Assembly (NCBI GenBank): GCA_965113315.1
Contig: OZ220365.1
Source of the DNA: Podarcis vaucheri
Taxonomy: Eukaryota
Length of the DNA stretch: 64,000 nt
Direction: 5' to 3' (one strand)
Of the stretch, positions 37,659-52,100 are shown piece after piece (positions within the stretch are counted from its first letter, which is position 1; each line of letters starts with the position of its first letter). A program made the translations under genes and the position numbers. Under the pieces are notes generated by a model, which had not been told where the DNA came from, searched no databases, and was given only the letters and a program-made list of their open reading frames with translations.

Positions 37659-37796
37659 CAGCCTTTCTCAACCTGTGGGTCCCCAGATGTTGTTGAACTA
37701 CAACTCCCATCACCCCTAGCTAGCAAGGCCAGAGCTCAGGGATGATGGGAGTTGTAGTCCAACAACATCTGGGGACCCACAGGTTGAGAACCGCTG
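37659..37796. mobile_element. Palindromic hAT MITE (ccagatgttgttggactacaactcccatc family)
   Basis: Near-perfect inverted arms; TSD atctagtc/atctagtt; degenerate relatives near 1070, 9870, 11160, 42610, 54770 and 62085. Confidence 0.85.
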
Positions 37797-39033
37797 ATCT
37801 AGTTCAATATCATCTACACTGGCTGACAGCAACTCTCCAGAGCTTCCAGTAGGGTTCTTTCCAAGCCCAGCGTGGGGCTTCTGGGGACTGGACCGAGGAC
37901 CTTCTGCGTGTGCTCTGCCCACTGAGCTTTCTTTCTATAAAGGCCAGATTGTCACCTCAATGTACATCAGCAGAGCCGTACCTTGAAGCAGACAATGGAA
38001 TCTGCAAGCAGAGGGTGAGAGCTTAGTGCATCAGATGGCAGAGTAGGACAAGGAACCACGAGCAAAAGCGTCAGCCATCCAATACCATTGGCGCATGATT
38101 TTAACACGATTTTAAGCAAGAGATATGCAAGAGGGGGACAGGGTCCCACAAGCTCAACCCACACTCCCGCTGACGTGATGTGGGGGGGGGGGGAAATGAG
38201 TGGCGTTGGGCAGCTGCCAAAAGTGCAAGGAGGTAGCTATAATGTCTCTCACCCTTTCATGTCCTGGTCTGGTTCGCCCCTCAAACAAACACCCATAGAA
38301 TATCAAATTTGAAGCCCCATTTGGCCTCCCCGCCCCCCTGCTTTAATGACAAAGAAAGAATCAGGACAGGGCGGGTGCAGCTACCTCATATCCCACTTTT
38401 GTCAGAGCGTGTAAGAGATAAATGCTACTTCTCTCAGTTAGAAAAAACAAAAAAGCAGTCCAAAAGGAGCTTGCCTCGTCCAGTGCCACCACCATCATGC
38501 AAACAAGCACACTTTATTTCAACAACTTTATTAGCCATCATAAAAAAAATCATTGAGCTTTAAATATTATTTCTAGTGCTATTCTACTACTATGATAATT
38601 TATTTACAAACACCTAGTTATTAGACATTAACATTTTTACAAGAACAACCAGGGAACTCTGCATCAGGAACTCCTTCAGATCTTGGTCTGCAAAGAAATT
38701 AAAATGGGAAGAATTAGGATAGCAAAAAGCGAGGAATGCTGGCACAAGCCCCAAAACTGCACAGTATGGAGCTAATAAGCACACCAGAATAGCTGTACTA
38801 AAAGACAGTTTTAAGTGCATCTTGAAGAGAAGTAGCTACAGAAATGTTGGGGGTACACTCTGGCCCAAATAGAAAAAAAAAGTACTGAAAATATAGTCAA
38901 AGAGAAAATGAACCAAGCAAGGCAGAGTTACACCATCCTGTTCCTCTGTTACATCATGGATGACATGGCATCAGTGGCCTAAATATTAATACTATATAAG
39001 CAAAGGCAAAAGGGGCAGAAGAGTTGTTCTAAC

Positions 39034-39099
39034 CTGCAAATGCTGTCTTCACATCTGTCTTCACATCAATAGTTTCCTCAGCCCCGTCCTGTAACAGAT
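39034..39099 (-). CDS. Unassigned gene candidate exon: (D)LLQDGAEETIDVKTDVKTAFA
   Basis: ccctttcag| ... CAG|gttaga, 66 nt, phase 1/1; contains an in-frame 12-nt tandem duplication (DVKT x2). Confidence 0.5.
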
Positions 39100-39378
39100 C
39101 TGAAAGGGTATTACCATTTTTCAGTGGCAGGACCACACAGTGCACTACATCTTGCCAGCATACACTCAGTCTCAGTACACAGTGGCCAATCAGATGCGTC
39201 CAGAAAGCCCACAGATAGGGCATTAATGCAATAGCCCTCCTGGGTGGAACAACCTTGTTTAGATGCTATGCCAACCCAAGTTTTGCGGTGATCAATAATA
39301 TTCTTGCACATTGTTTATGCTGCATTGGCCATGCCCTTGTTCGCTACTGAATCAGGCTGCAATCTGAACACCACTTAC

Positions 39379-39437
39379 CTGGGAGTAAGTTTAATTGATT
39401 TCTGGGAGGCATAGCTAGGATTGTTATCATGCCACAG
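39379..39437 (-). CDS. Unassigned gene candidate exon: CGMITILAMPPRNQLNLLP
   Basis: ttcttctcccttggctaattag| ... CAG|gtaagt, 59 nt; the phase 2/1 reading links the neighbouring exons. Confidence 0.5.
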
Positions 39438-39729
39438 CTAATTAGCCAAGGGAGAAGAAAAGTGTTCTTGAAGAATGAAAACTGGTTACTGAAACTTTTA
39501 TGTGCATGCCCAGCTCTTCTCATCCCTCTCCAAATAGCTGACTGGGAAAGAGTTAAGGAAAAGGAGTGAACAGGGAAAAGAGTGAACAAACTGCTCATGC
39601 ATTGCATAAAGTCTCAAACTAGGCAAAGCATACCACACAGATTGCTTCCCTCCTATCGAAAAAGAGAGCAAGTGGGAAAAGAGGGAAAGATAAAGAGTAT
39701 TTTATTAGACATAAAGAAAAGGAACCTAC

Positions 39730-39786
39730 CCTGCTGCTCTGGTTCCTTCCTCCTCTGTCACTGGAAATATTAGCTTCCTCTCAAAG
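39730..39786 (-). CDS. Unassigned gene candidate exon: FERKLIFPVTEEEGTRAA(G)
   Basis: cttcctctccag| ... AGG|gtaggt, 57 nt; only phase 2/2 is open, matching the next exon. Confidence 0.5.
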
Positions 39787-42700
39787 CTGGAGAGGAAGTG
39801 AGACTACAACTCCCATGATGCAGTGAGACTTCAAGTAAAAGACATACAGGCATGACTAGGATGTTGTGCAACTTTAAGAGTCTCTTAATCCCACTGTGCA
39901 ACTTGGGCTCAAGGCAGCAGTTCTTACAGCTGCAGCAGAAAAATAGAAGTACTCTCATCTGCACCAACATCCATGGCCTTTGGTTAGAAGAATAAACAAT
40001 AATGAAGGAAAGAAGTGCAGTAAGAAACAGCCAGATGCTTTATTGCCTGGTGGATTCTCTTGAGAAATCAGTCTTCCGAGAGAACTGGTGATGGAATTCC
40101 ATCTACACTGTGGATAAAATCTTTTCAAAAATTCTGGTAACTGGCAACAAATCCTCTGGAAAAAGTCTTTTGAATAAGAACTGAAGGTCAGTAAATGCAA
40201 GTGGTAAGAACGATGCTTTAAAAATAAACGTTTTAAGAACTCTCAAAAATAATGTTAAGCTTAATTTCATTTACAGTGATGCTATGTTTGCAAAAATGTT
40301 GAGTTCTGTAATTTCAGCCTGGGTGAAAATCTTCCAGGTGGTTGCTCATTGTTTTACTCCAAACATATATATATCTTTAGTATTTTAGTATTTTTTTATC
40401 ATTTAAAAAAATGCTAACCATGTAAGACACAGGTGCTTTGAAGCAGCAGGAAAAGGCACAAGAGATAGCAGTGCTGAAATGCTGCTCCGTATAGGAAGGG
40501 TTTCTGCTGCCAAATTATCATGTTTCATCTGTTTCAAGACATTCATTTCCAATGTAATGAGCTGGCAGGTGACACCAGGCAATGTTCATATGTGTACATA
40601 TCTCCTATCTAGTAAATCAATACCCCACAGGTGCATACAGTGTTTGTCTGACCTTTTTCTTTTGCTAACAGCACAGCATGCCTTTTGGTCGACTTCATAT
40701 GCACTTCTCTAAGCATACATTTCTCATTGCTTTGCGATTTTAAAGTGATAAGAAACCTATGGCAGAAACGCAGTGATGTTAAATCTGAAAACTGTGCTTG
40801 ATGAAGCCATGAAGAGTCTCTGACCAATACACACATGCAGTTCATGTATTGCTTCCCCTGTATTTTCTTCCCAACGGTCCATCAATGCTAGCACTGTACT
40901 TGCAGTATTTTAGAATGGTGTTTTTATTTGCTACATTGCAAAAGTAAAGGGCATGGATGTTGACACCCATATGAAATTTGGGGGGGGTGCGTGCATAGGA
41001 TTTCAACATAATTCTCCATTTGGATATTTATGCACTAGAATGACTAGATCAAACCCCTATTTCCAAGAAGGGAGAGAAAATATGCAAGATATATTGTAGC
41101 GCAATATCAGACGCAAAGTTTCAAATACTGTGGCTTCACACTTGTGTTTCAACTGCAACTTGATCAGGATTCTGCTTTCTCCCATTTTTGTTCATTGATG
41201 AACACACTTTAGTGCAAATATAGTCCAACAAGACAAGAAAAATATATTCTTGCTTTAGAACATTATTCACCCATGAACACCTACAAGGGAACAATGCCCA
41301 GATTGCAATCTTCTAGCCAAAAACATTGTACCACTCAGAACACACTGCAGCCTCTGCTGAATGACAGCAGCCATTCAACTGATCACCCAGCACAAGCCAT
41401 ATTTAAGTAAAATGATTTCATTTAAACTGGGAAGCAAGTATTTCTTCCATAATAGAAATAAACAGTTCTGGCATTGGGGATGTTACTTACACAAGAGCAG
41501 TGTACTGAGGCATGCCCATATAAACTAGTGCTAGCAAAAGAAACGACCGGCGGTGGTAAATAATTTAATGCAGTTTAAAGAATTGACCCAAACGCTGCAG
41601 AATCTAATCCCACAACAACCATGTTCGCAAGTTGCAAAACTATTTTCCTTTTACTGATAGGGATGGTTAATTGGCAGTTCAAAGATAAAGGGGTAAGCTT
41701 TGTTAATGAGTCTCCAGCTATCAAGCTTCCATAATAGGTCCACCACAATCGCTTGGATTATGAAGTGTGTTAACAAGGAAGTTCCTAGAAGGAAAGTTTA
41801 CTATTCCTTCCTCCAGACCATCTGTGACCCCAGAAAAGCATTTCGGTAGGGTGGGTGGGTGTACCTTCCTGAGCAATGTGAGACAGGGTGCAGGGGCTGC
41901 TGCTGCGAGGTGGGGACAGAGTATTTTCCTTCCATAAACTTCCTTAAGCTAAATTATGTTAGGATCCAAGCCAAAACTTTTCAGTGCAGTCAGCACAAAC
42001 ATTTCATAACCCAGTGATCTATATCTATATGGCACCAACGATGAATCAGGCCTTAACAGTTTTAACAGGCCAACTGAAAACTACATACCTGTTTACTGGG
42101 GAAGCCGGTGAATTTTACCGCAAGAGTAATGAAAACAATGAAAGAATATCTGTCTCCCTTGAACTGAGTAGTTTCCTTTATTATTTTGCTAGCAGTGAGC
42201 AAACAAGGAACTTTGTAGAAGGCTCTCCTCTTAGGGCTGCCCCAACATTGTTCTTCTGCAGAACATGCAAACCTTTGTGCAGATGCTTTTGTAACAATAT
42301 TCTACCTACATATTCTTGAGAATGAACCCACAATGTTAGGCTTTTCCCCCACCCCCAAATTGCAACTGTTCTCCATCGCAGCACAGTGTCACTCGGCTTA
42401 AAACATCTACACATCTTTTCTAAAGACATGTTTTCATGAAGGGTTTACAGAAGATTTTTAGAAATACATTTTCTGGGAGGGCTCTCTTTTGCAAAACACA
42501 AGAGCCCTGTTAGAAAACTCCTACTTCAAGTCATAAAAGTCATTTGGTTGGTGTTTTCCAGGTTTGCAGCACACTACACAGTATGTCTGAAGGCTTTCCA
42601 TTTGCCTAGGATGGGAAATCTGTGACCCTCCAGATGTGGTTGGATTCCCATCAGCCTCAGGTGGTATGGTTAACTGCAAGGAATGTTGGGAGCTGTAGCT

Positions 42701-43159
42701 CACCAACACCTAAAGAGCTACAGGTTTCCCATCACTTGCATGTGTTCTGATCAATAGGGACAGTTCAGCAGGAATGTTTCACCACCAGGACCACAGAACT
42801 TGTGTGACTCAGATATAAGAATTTACATTCCTCTAGAAGCTGAAAACCTTTTATACATTCTTTGGCCAGGCTGTTGGAACTAACAAAGCTACCTTGTGAA
42901 GCAACATCTGTTATATTTATCTGCAGGTCTGAAAGAATCGGCATCCAACAAATCAAAAATTTGGTATCACCTTCAGACATTTGTTGTTTGCATTTCAAAG
43001 CAAATGTGAAGTAACATTTATGAGCAGTATTATTGGGGGCCAACACTGAGCAGTACTTAGTAAGAAATACAGTGCAAAGGAATTAAAGTTATACATCCAT
43101 TTATAAAGTACTAGAATGAAAGGTTACCGAGGCACTAAGGTGTTTGGTTTTTTTAGTGT

Positions 43160-43165
43160 TTTATT
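43160..43165 (-). promoter_or_regulatory. Probable LRRC1 polyadenylation signal (AATAAA), giving a 3' UTR of about 1.2 kb
   Basis: tttatt on the plus strand at the end of an AT-rich, repeat-free stretch downstream of the stop codon. Confidence 0.55.
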
Positions 43166-44339
43166 AAGGTTTTATAGAGATATAAAACCTTCCAAGTACG
43201 TCTGAGAATATCATGCCTGTACAGTACATAACATTCGTTTTCACAACTTATGCTGTTGCTGTTGTGTATTTTGTTCCATTTCTGAAATATATGTTATTCT
43301 TACAAATGGCACATTTAAAAGTGGACACCTGAAATTCTAATGGCTGCAATGCTGCTTCAGCCCAAGTAATTTCTTCATGAACAAGTTTTAAAAGTGTGTG
43401 AGTGCATCATATTATAAGGCAGTGGCAATTCAGTGTCGTCACCATAGTAAAACACTTTGCAGAAAAACTTCAGCTTTTTCTTCTTCTTAAAACAATGGGA
43501 GGAAGTTAAACATTAATTGTTTGCAAAGTCGCACATCTGAGGAGGCACCCTTCTTCAAACTAATCTCGCTGTCTCCTAGGCTTTTTTCTTCTTTAACTAA
43601 TCTCATTAGGCTGCATTAAGGCACATGCAGATATGACAAGCATGAATGTGTCAATGGAATTCACCCTCTACAAATAGTAAAATGTACCGCTTAAAAATCC
43701 TTTTTTTAAAAATGAAATACATCCATCTTGTTGGTTTGTTATGAAACTCGACTCCTATACAAAAAATTATAAAATTTACACCATCTGAGCTGCCAGAGAG
43801 GTTTAAAAAGTATCAATTCTGCAATAAAACTACTTTCCCCCACCACCACAGTCCAGAACAGGGCAGAATAAATACCCCATCACTTGAACTGGGGTTGGGG
43901 GGAGGGCAGAGGAGAACAGCAGCAGACCAACACCCCTGGGTAAAAGAGATGCATGATTGTATAATAGCATATTCCCCTTGTTAAAAACAAAACAAAAACA
44001 AAACAGACCTCTTAATCCTTTTTTTAAAACAAAAACAACAACACTGGAATTGATGGGAACAATTTGCCGGCAAAGAAGCAGGAGTTGTTCAAGCAAAGAA
44101 CCACAGTGGGGGAGCAGTTTTCAGTGCGCTGCACCCCCTGTGCTCAGATGCCTGGACTGAAATAAGGCACTTTTCTTCCAGTGAGAAGCACCTTCCAAAG
44201 GAATGACACAAGGACAAGATGAGTCGGATTTCTGGTTAAAACACATGAGGGTTGATTGGATGGTATTCCCAGGATGCAACAGTAACGGTTCGACAGCAGG
44301 TGGGAAGACACAGGAGGCAAATATCTGGGAGGTGAGCCT

Positions 44340-44498
<159 letters not shown>

Positions 44499-46962
44499 CT
44501 AAAAACAAACAGTGGAATAAATGATTTTTCTCTTTCTTGTGACTCCCCGCCCCCCCTTTTAAGAAATTATTTATAATCTTTAAAATGGCTTTTCAGGCTT
44601 GGCAATCAAATACCAGTGATTGAGTCCACCAGGAAATGTGCTGTCAACTTTAAAATAGCTGCTTAAAAATAATAGCAATAATAATAAATAAATAAAATGT
44701 GGCAGGGGATAGACCTAATAGCTGAAGGTATGCTTGCCGTGATGCAGAGAGGCAACATGCATTGAGGGGACAACCCACTCAAAGTGCTTCCATCTTCCCA
44801 GGATTCAAATACAGTTGATTGGCCCTCACCCTGTCCACCACTACACTGATCCAGAGCTTCCACTGCCTCTCCTGATTTAGTTGTTATGGCAAAATAGGAC
44901 TGCCTGTCAATGAACTGCAGGTAAATATTATGTTCATTTTTCACATGGTCTAGTCCTTTGCCTGCCCACCCCCTAATATTCTTGAGAAGGTCTTTTTTCC
45001 AGTCTTTAGAGAGTAGCTGGAAGTGGGGAGGCAGAAAAAGGTCCCCCTTTCCTTCCACTCTGCAGTTTTAGTCTGAAATTTTAGGCGCAGTGCTGCACCC
45101 AGAGCTGAGAAACTGATTGCACTAACAATATTCCCTGTCACAAAATGTGTCCAGAACAATTGGGAGTTTCAAAAACTGGTTGGGTCCAGGAAGTATCCAA
45201 AACTACTGAGAAATAGAGCAGAAGTAACAGAGCTGTATTCCCCGTCTCACAATGAAAGGCAACCAAAGTCAACTGGGTTCCAAAACCGAGTCTGCTTGCA
45301 GCAAATCTAGATAATGAGTCTCATCCAAGAATACCTGCAGTTACTCCACAATCACCCTTTCCACTATGTTTGCCAAGAAATGGATGTTGGTGACTGGTCT
45401 ATAGATATTACACTCCATTGGATCCAGAGTCGGCTTTTTAATAAATGGACCCACCACTGTCTTTTAAAGGGACTCAGTCCACCACTGCAGTCCCATGCAT
45501 TTAAAAGTAGTCATACTCTGTATCTATTTTATCTCTGTGAATTACATGGTATTACTTTTGGGACACTTCATGCTTTATGTGAAAAATACACCCACATTGT
45601 CAACACTAATGTTTGAAGAGGAGATGTTCATCAAAACACAGAGGAAACATATTTCAATAAGCATCTGTTCTTCAAACTTGTGTACTGTGGGAAATGTGGT
45701 CAACATACATTCACATGTGAGCAGCCATAGCTGCAAAAAGACAGCTGATAATTCTAGTTTACATATGCAGCTGTGAAATGCAATTCTGCTCAGAAAAGTG
45801 ACTGTAGCACCTTCGTAAAAAGCATCCACCACCATATGCATTCTGAGTCACGACAGCTGCTGTTAGTTATGCAATGAATCTTTTTCCTGCTTTTAATTTT
45901 AGTTGATTCTGAAGAATAAAAATAAGTGAAAGTGAGGGGGGTGGCAGGCTGTGTGCACCTTCTATGCACCAAGAAAAATTAAATTATTGTCCCATGATGC
46001 AGAAGGTGTGTGCACGCACACACAAACCATGATATTAAATGAATCACAGCGATTTTAACTGCTTTATAGCAGCATTATTTTAATATGAACTGTGCAATTT
46101 CACCAGTTACGGAAAGTCAGAAGGACCGGGAGTCAATTTGTTGCCCCAATATATCACCAGTTATGAGGAGGTGCCTTTTGCAGTTCAGTTAAGTATTAAT
46201 TGCAAGGAAACACTTATGTTCTTACTCTCAAAAATGCTGTAGTCACTATTCAAAGCAAGAACATTCCTTTAATGCATATTTTAGGTTTGTACTGTGGACA
46301 ATTTCACACATGGCTTCTTTAAGTGTATACCTAAGGTATTTGTTTTTAAGTGTGAACGCAAACACGTGTCTCATACTGCTACACTCCTATATGAAGGTTG
46401 CCTGCCTGCCGTTTGACATCTTCTGTGAGTAAAAAGCAATCATTTAAGTGGACCTACTTCACGGGCATATTTGGAGGGAGAGAGGATGTGCTTTACTGGA
46501 GGTCTCATAAGTACAGTGACAGGTGCTCCCACTCGGCCCTCCTTCATTTTGAGCAGAACACTGAACATTTCCTGCCAGTTCAGGTGTCAATACAAATGAT
46601 CGTGTAATGAAGGCAGGGCGATGGAAGGGATTGTGGCGATGACAACAAACAGTATGGTAGGATAGGAGACAGTCCAATGGGGGAGGGATAACTCCAAGGG
46701 TTTGCTGCCTACAGGATGTTGGTTCCATATCTTAGATCTTCCACAGAAGATGGATACTTCCATCCTGTTTTTGGAAAACTGAAGGGAACACCCCCAAAAA
46801 AAGACAATAAAAGTCAATTAAAGCTAGGATTAAAGTAGGATTAAGTAGCAATATTTTGCTACCCAGGAGTTTCTGCAAGAGTATCTGATTACAAGCATTT
46901 AACAAAATTGGCAATTTAGTAATGGTCTGCTGGTGCCGTGTAAATTAATGCCCAAATCATCA

Positions 46963-47229
<267 letters not shown>

Positions 47230-47836
47230 TCAGATGTCAAGGTTCCCCCCCCCCCCGATAAAAACACATGTTTGACAATTCCATACTACATTCACTTGAG
47301 AGGTCAGCTGCAGAGATCTTATGCTTATGTTTAGGAAAGACATTACATCGCATTTGCAATGATACAGTCTTATCAGGAAATTTGGTTCATGTCTCCATAT
47401 ATGAGCAGACAGAGGCTGAAACATCAACTTTCTGGAACTCTTTTCTTTAAGACTGTTGCCCTGAAATGTAAATTTCCCCTATGCCCAAGATTGTCATCAG
47501 TTCAAGTGCAAAGAAATCACTTCATGTACGTAACTCTTGTGCTTGCTTGAGCTAAGAGTTAAGAACATGCAACGTATTTAAACATCATCAAGACAAGCTG
47601 TTCCAAGATCAAGCTAATGATTTGCATTTATTCAATAAGTTAAAAGTAAAACTACAGGGAATGGGGAGCCGATAAGCCATTATTATCATCACCTGGCAGA
47701 AGATATGCAACACTTCATAACCTCAAAACTACAATTTCTTGAAAACCTCTTAAGAGGCATAGCACACTTACATGATACTATGCAGCCAAGGGAGTTTTGT
47801 TTGCTTTTCTCATTACCCTGAAGCCATCTTGCTTCA

Positions 47837-48118
<282 letters not shown>

Positions 48119-48820
48119 TTATGTCTGCAAAGAGGTGGAAGAAGGTGCCCCAAACAACTGTTTCCCCATGCAACATCATACAAATTTAATTTTTTACATG
48201 GTTGGTTTCTGTGCACTTAATGTAACTTACTGTTTTCCAACAAAAGATCAGCCTTACCACATTGGTTTTGTTATGTGCAGGCAAATATGCAAGAAGCATC
48301 TGATGTGATCAGGAAAGAGCTTGGCATTTTCACAAGTATACATAGGTAGTGTCTGGTCTTGAAAATTGCACTATTCCACCCACCCAACTAACTCTTCATA
48401 TTCCATGCATTTCCCTAAAAGTGTTGTGAGAAGGGTATAGGTATTGCTGTAAGTGAATGGAAAGGGGGGAAATTAAATTCTCTAAACTGGGGAGAGGGGG
48501 GATTAATTGCTGTGAACTAAATTACAGACAGACAGCATAAAGACTCACATCCCATTACAGTAGCTGCTGGATCTTAACACAGCACAACAGTCTAAGGAAG
48601 GGAGATTTAACCTCCAGTACCTATTTTTTCTTCTGCATGGAAAAGATAATAAAATGATACTAAGATATCTGGTGTTTAAAAACAACATGCCCCAATCTCA
48701 TTACAGATACAGCTGTACAGCTGTATCCCAGTGGAATAATAGCAAAAAAAAAAATTAAATAAATCTAAATCCAACACATTTCTTCATTTGACTTAAATTG
48801 GGAACTAACCTAAACATTTA

Positions 48821-49165
<345 letters not shown>

Positions 49166-52100
49166 CTAGAATACTCATGTTTGCCTTAGTAGTTGCTTTG
49201 TACAACAACAACAACAACAACTTGCTCCACTAAGGGGCAGTCTTGGGACACTCATTCAGATTCCTTCTCAGCTAACCCATTGGACGATGGATGCTTCAGA
49301 GACAGCATTTAAAGTTCTTCTGTTTAGCGACTAAAAGAGAGCAGCTGGGAACAAAGTTGATAAGCTTCAGCAAAACATCTGAATTCCTGGTCTGATGGTT
49401 CTGCCACTGCTTTTTAAAATTAGGCTTCCTGATCTCATTTCTTTTCCCTACATGCTACTCTGCATCAGGGATGCTCAGGGATGTGCTTGTATATGTTGGC
49501 GCACCTGCAAAGCAACAACGGAATACACAAACCTGCTTGCCCAAAGCAAGATTCATTGTCAAATGCACCGGCATCTTCAATTCACTCTATTTGCAGTTGA
49601 GGTGTTTTTAAAGCAGCAGTTGCTTATACTAAGTAAAACACCCACAAGGTTGCTCCATAGCAATTATTGAGACTGCACTTATGCAAACTTGAAAACTCAG
49701 TACTTATGTAAGAGTGCACTGTAAGGCATCTTGCACTCAAAAAAAAAAAAGCCATAATTTACACGAACCCCAATAATTAACTCAACAGCACAATGGAAAG
49801 CAATAGATTGAAGCAATAGATTCAAGCACTTAAGGCATACTTTTTAAGTTACACAAAATCACAATCGCCATTTTTAAGTTAGCAATTCTAAGTAGGTTTT
49901 AAAATGTAATAAGATTGAGTAAGTTCCACTAAAATCAGCAAGCCTTTATTCTAAATGAACATGGCTAGGATTTAAGAGTGGGTCTTTTCAATTTACTGTG
50001 TCAAATATCCAATTTCCTCTGAAACTCTGTATAAGCTTCTGTTTACATTCACCTAAACTTCAGCGTAGCAAACACTATGCATCTTGAACTCAAGATATCA
50101 TCTCACACCCAGGTTCTGTGAAGTTCAAAGCTTCATTTCAAAGCATTCTATTATAAAGAACTTCAACAGCACATGCATCTTTAAGATGGTCACTTTGCAA
50201 CATGAATGGAATTTCCATCATCACATTTCTCTTTTTAAAAGGATAAAAAGTTTTCTACTGTCATTACCACTGATGCTAACCACCAACTTAAAGAGAGTCT
50301 GTACCATTTGAAGGAGACCACAATCTTTGTATCAACAAGCCACTTTAAAACCCCCTCTAAGCCTTGGTTATAAATCTAAAAATACTTTTTCAAACAATTC
50401 ATTAAATGCTAGCTAGCTATTGGAGTCAATTCAATTTTGGTTGAATTGAATGTTCATTCCCCCCCCCATTACAACTGAAATCTTTTTTTCCCCAGTAACC
50501 ACCAAAAAAAGTATTCTTTTCATCACATTTTAATCTTTATGCAAAGTTTTTGCCAACATAAATATTTCCATCGTATTCCCTTCCATTAGAAACAGGCATA
50601 CTTTCCTCCTATTTTCATGCAAGGAGTTCATAGTGGAAAAAAGCATGAGCAAGATGATTATATATTGTGTTTTTTTAAGTTGCAGAGCCTCCCCAGGAGT
50701 GAAAAACCATGCACTAAAATTTCTCTAAGTACTCTTGGCAGGATATGAGGAACCGTAGCAAAAGTATCCATTGTCTGCCTAACTGGTGCATCTCTAAAAT
50801 GAAAAAACTGAGCACAATTATTCATTCTGGTTAGTGAATGCTAGATGAGCTGGCAAATGATGCCCTGTAGCACACAAGGAGTGTTTTCTTTGAATGATTC
50901 TGTGTCGAGAACAAGCAGAATGAGTTTTGGCCATGCAGCCTTCTTGAGAGGAACCCACCCCTTGAGCTGGAAAACCCCAGACTTTTGGGGGCAATGAAAG
51001 TGCAGCCAGTTGGAATCATCATGCATTGAAAGCAGTTTGGATGAAAGGAATCAGTGCAACCGTGGACAGAACAATACTTACAAGGTTACAAGAGTTTACC
51101 TGACTCAATTTTTCCAAGCAGCTAACAATTAAGAAAAACACAAGAGACAGTTGTTTGATATAAACACACACTATTATTTCAAAGGACAAGACAATACCAG
51201 TCTTGCACAAGCACACACACTCTATGATGAGACATTTTTTTCTCTACCAGAGAACTCAACATTTCTGCCACTTCACTGAAACTGGCTTCCAGCTAGTTCT
51301 GCATTGAACAGCCTTGAGCAATTTGCCTGGTGAACTGACCACTGCATGGTAAACTGTAATAAATCTGTAAACTGACTAAATGAAACCATGTGAGAAGCTA
51401 GTTGTCCATAATGCTGAGCTTTGTGGACCTAATCCAAAACATGGTAAAGTATTTGCTTACCACAGGGTCAGATAATAATGACCAGTTCCCTATGTGTTTG
51501 TATACATCCTAGAGCGAGTTTTGCAAATGAATACTATGTGATAAGTGATTGCTTGCTATCTACACTTCATGCTCATATGGAGGATACAATCAGGAGATGC
51601 AAATAATGCCTTAAGGGTTCTCTTTTTTTAAAATAGGAAAGTTGACTATTCAGAGCACAAAAATGCTACACATTTAATGGCTGGCTACACACAGCACATT
51701 CTTAATATCTACCACATATAGTTACTTTAAAAATGCCATAGTTTGCAGCTGAGCAACATTGACAAGGTTGAACCATTTGTTACCATGCAGCTCTGTCAAA
51801 AATAATAGGTGAAGATGTAGCATCCAATCAAAACTGATAAGATATCAACTGTGAACTAATAGCCCTTCTTGAAATAATCACCTCAGCCTTTTTTTCTGAA
51901 ACTTACACCTCCACTTCAAAAATTACAGGGTTCCCTAGGCATGAATGAATCCCTAGGTGAAACAAAATTCTGATCTTGACACTTTCCGGTGAAGTTCTCA
52001 GGTGTTGTGTGCACACTTAGGAATTTGAATGGAGACAAGGGCTTAGGGTTTCTTTGTATCCCATTCTGTAACATGGGGACACACTGGGTTCAAAAGGATG

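Noticed and set aside
40047-40102. Possible start exon MEFHHQFSRKTDFSREST with an AG|GCAATA donor
   Set aside because: The phase fits exon 39730-39786, but it needs a poor GC donor; insufficient support.
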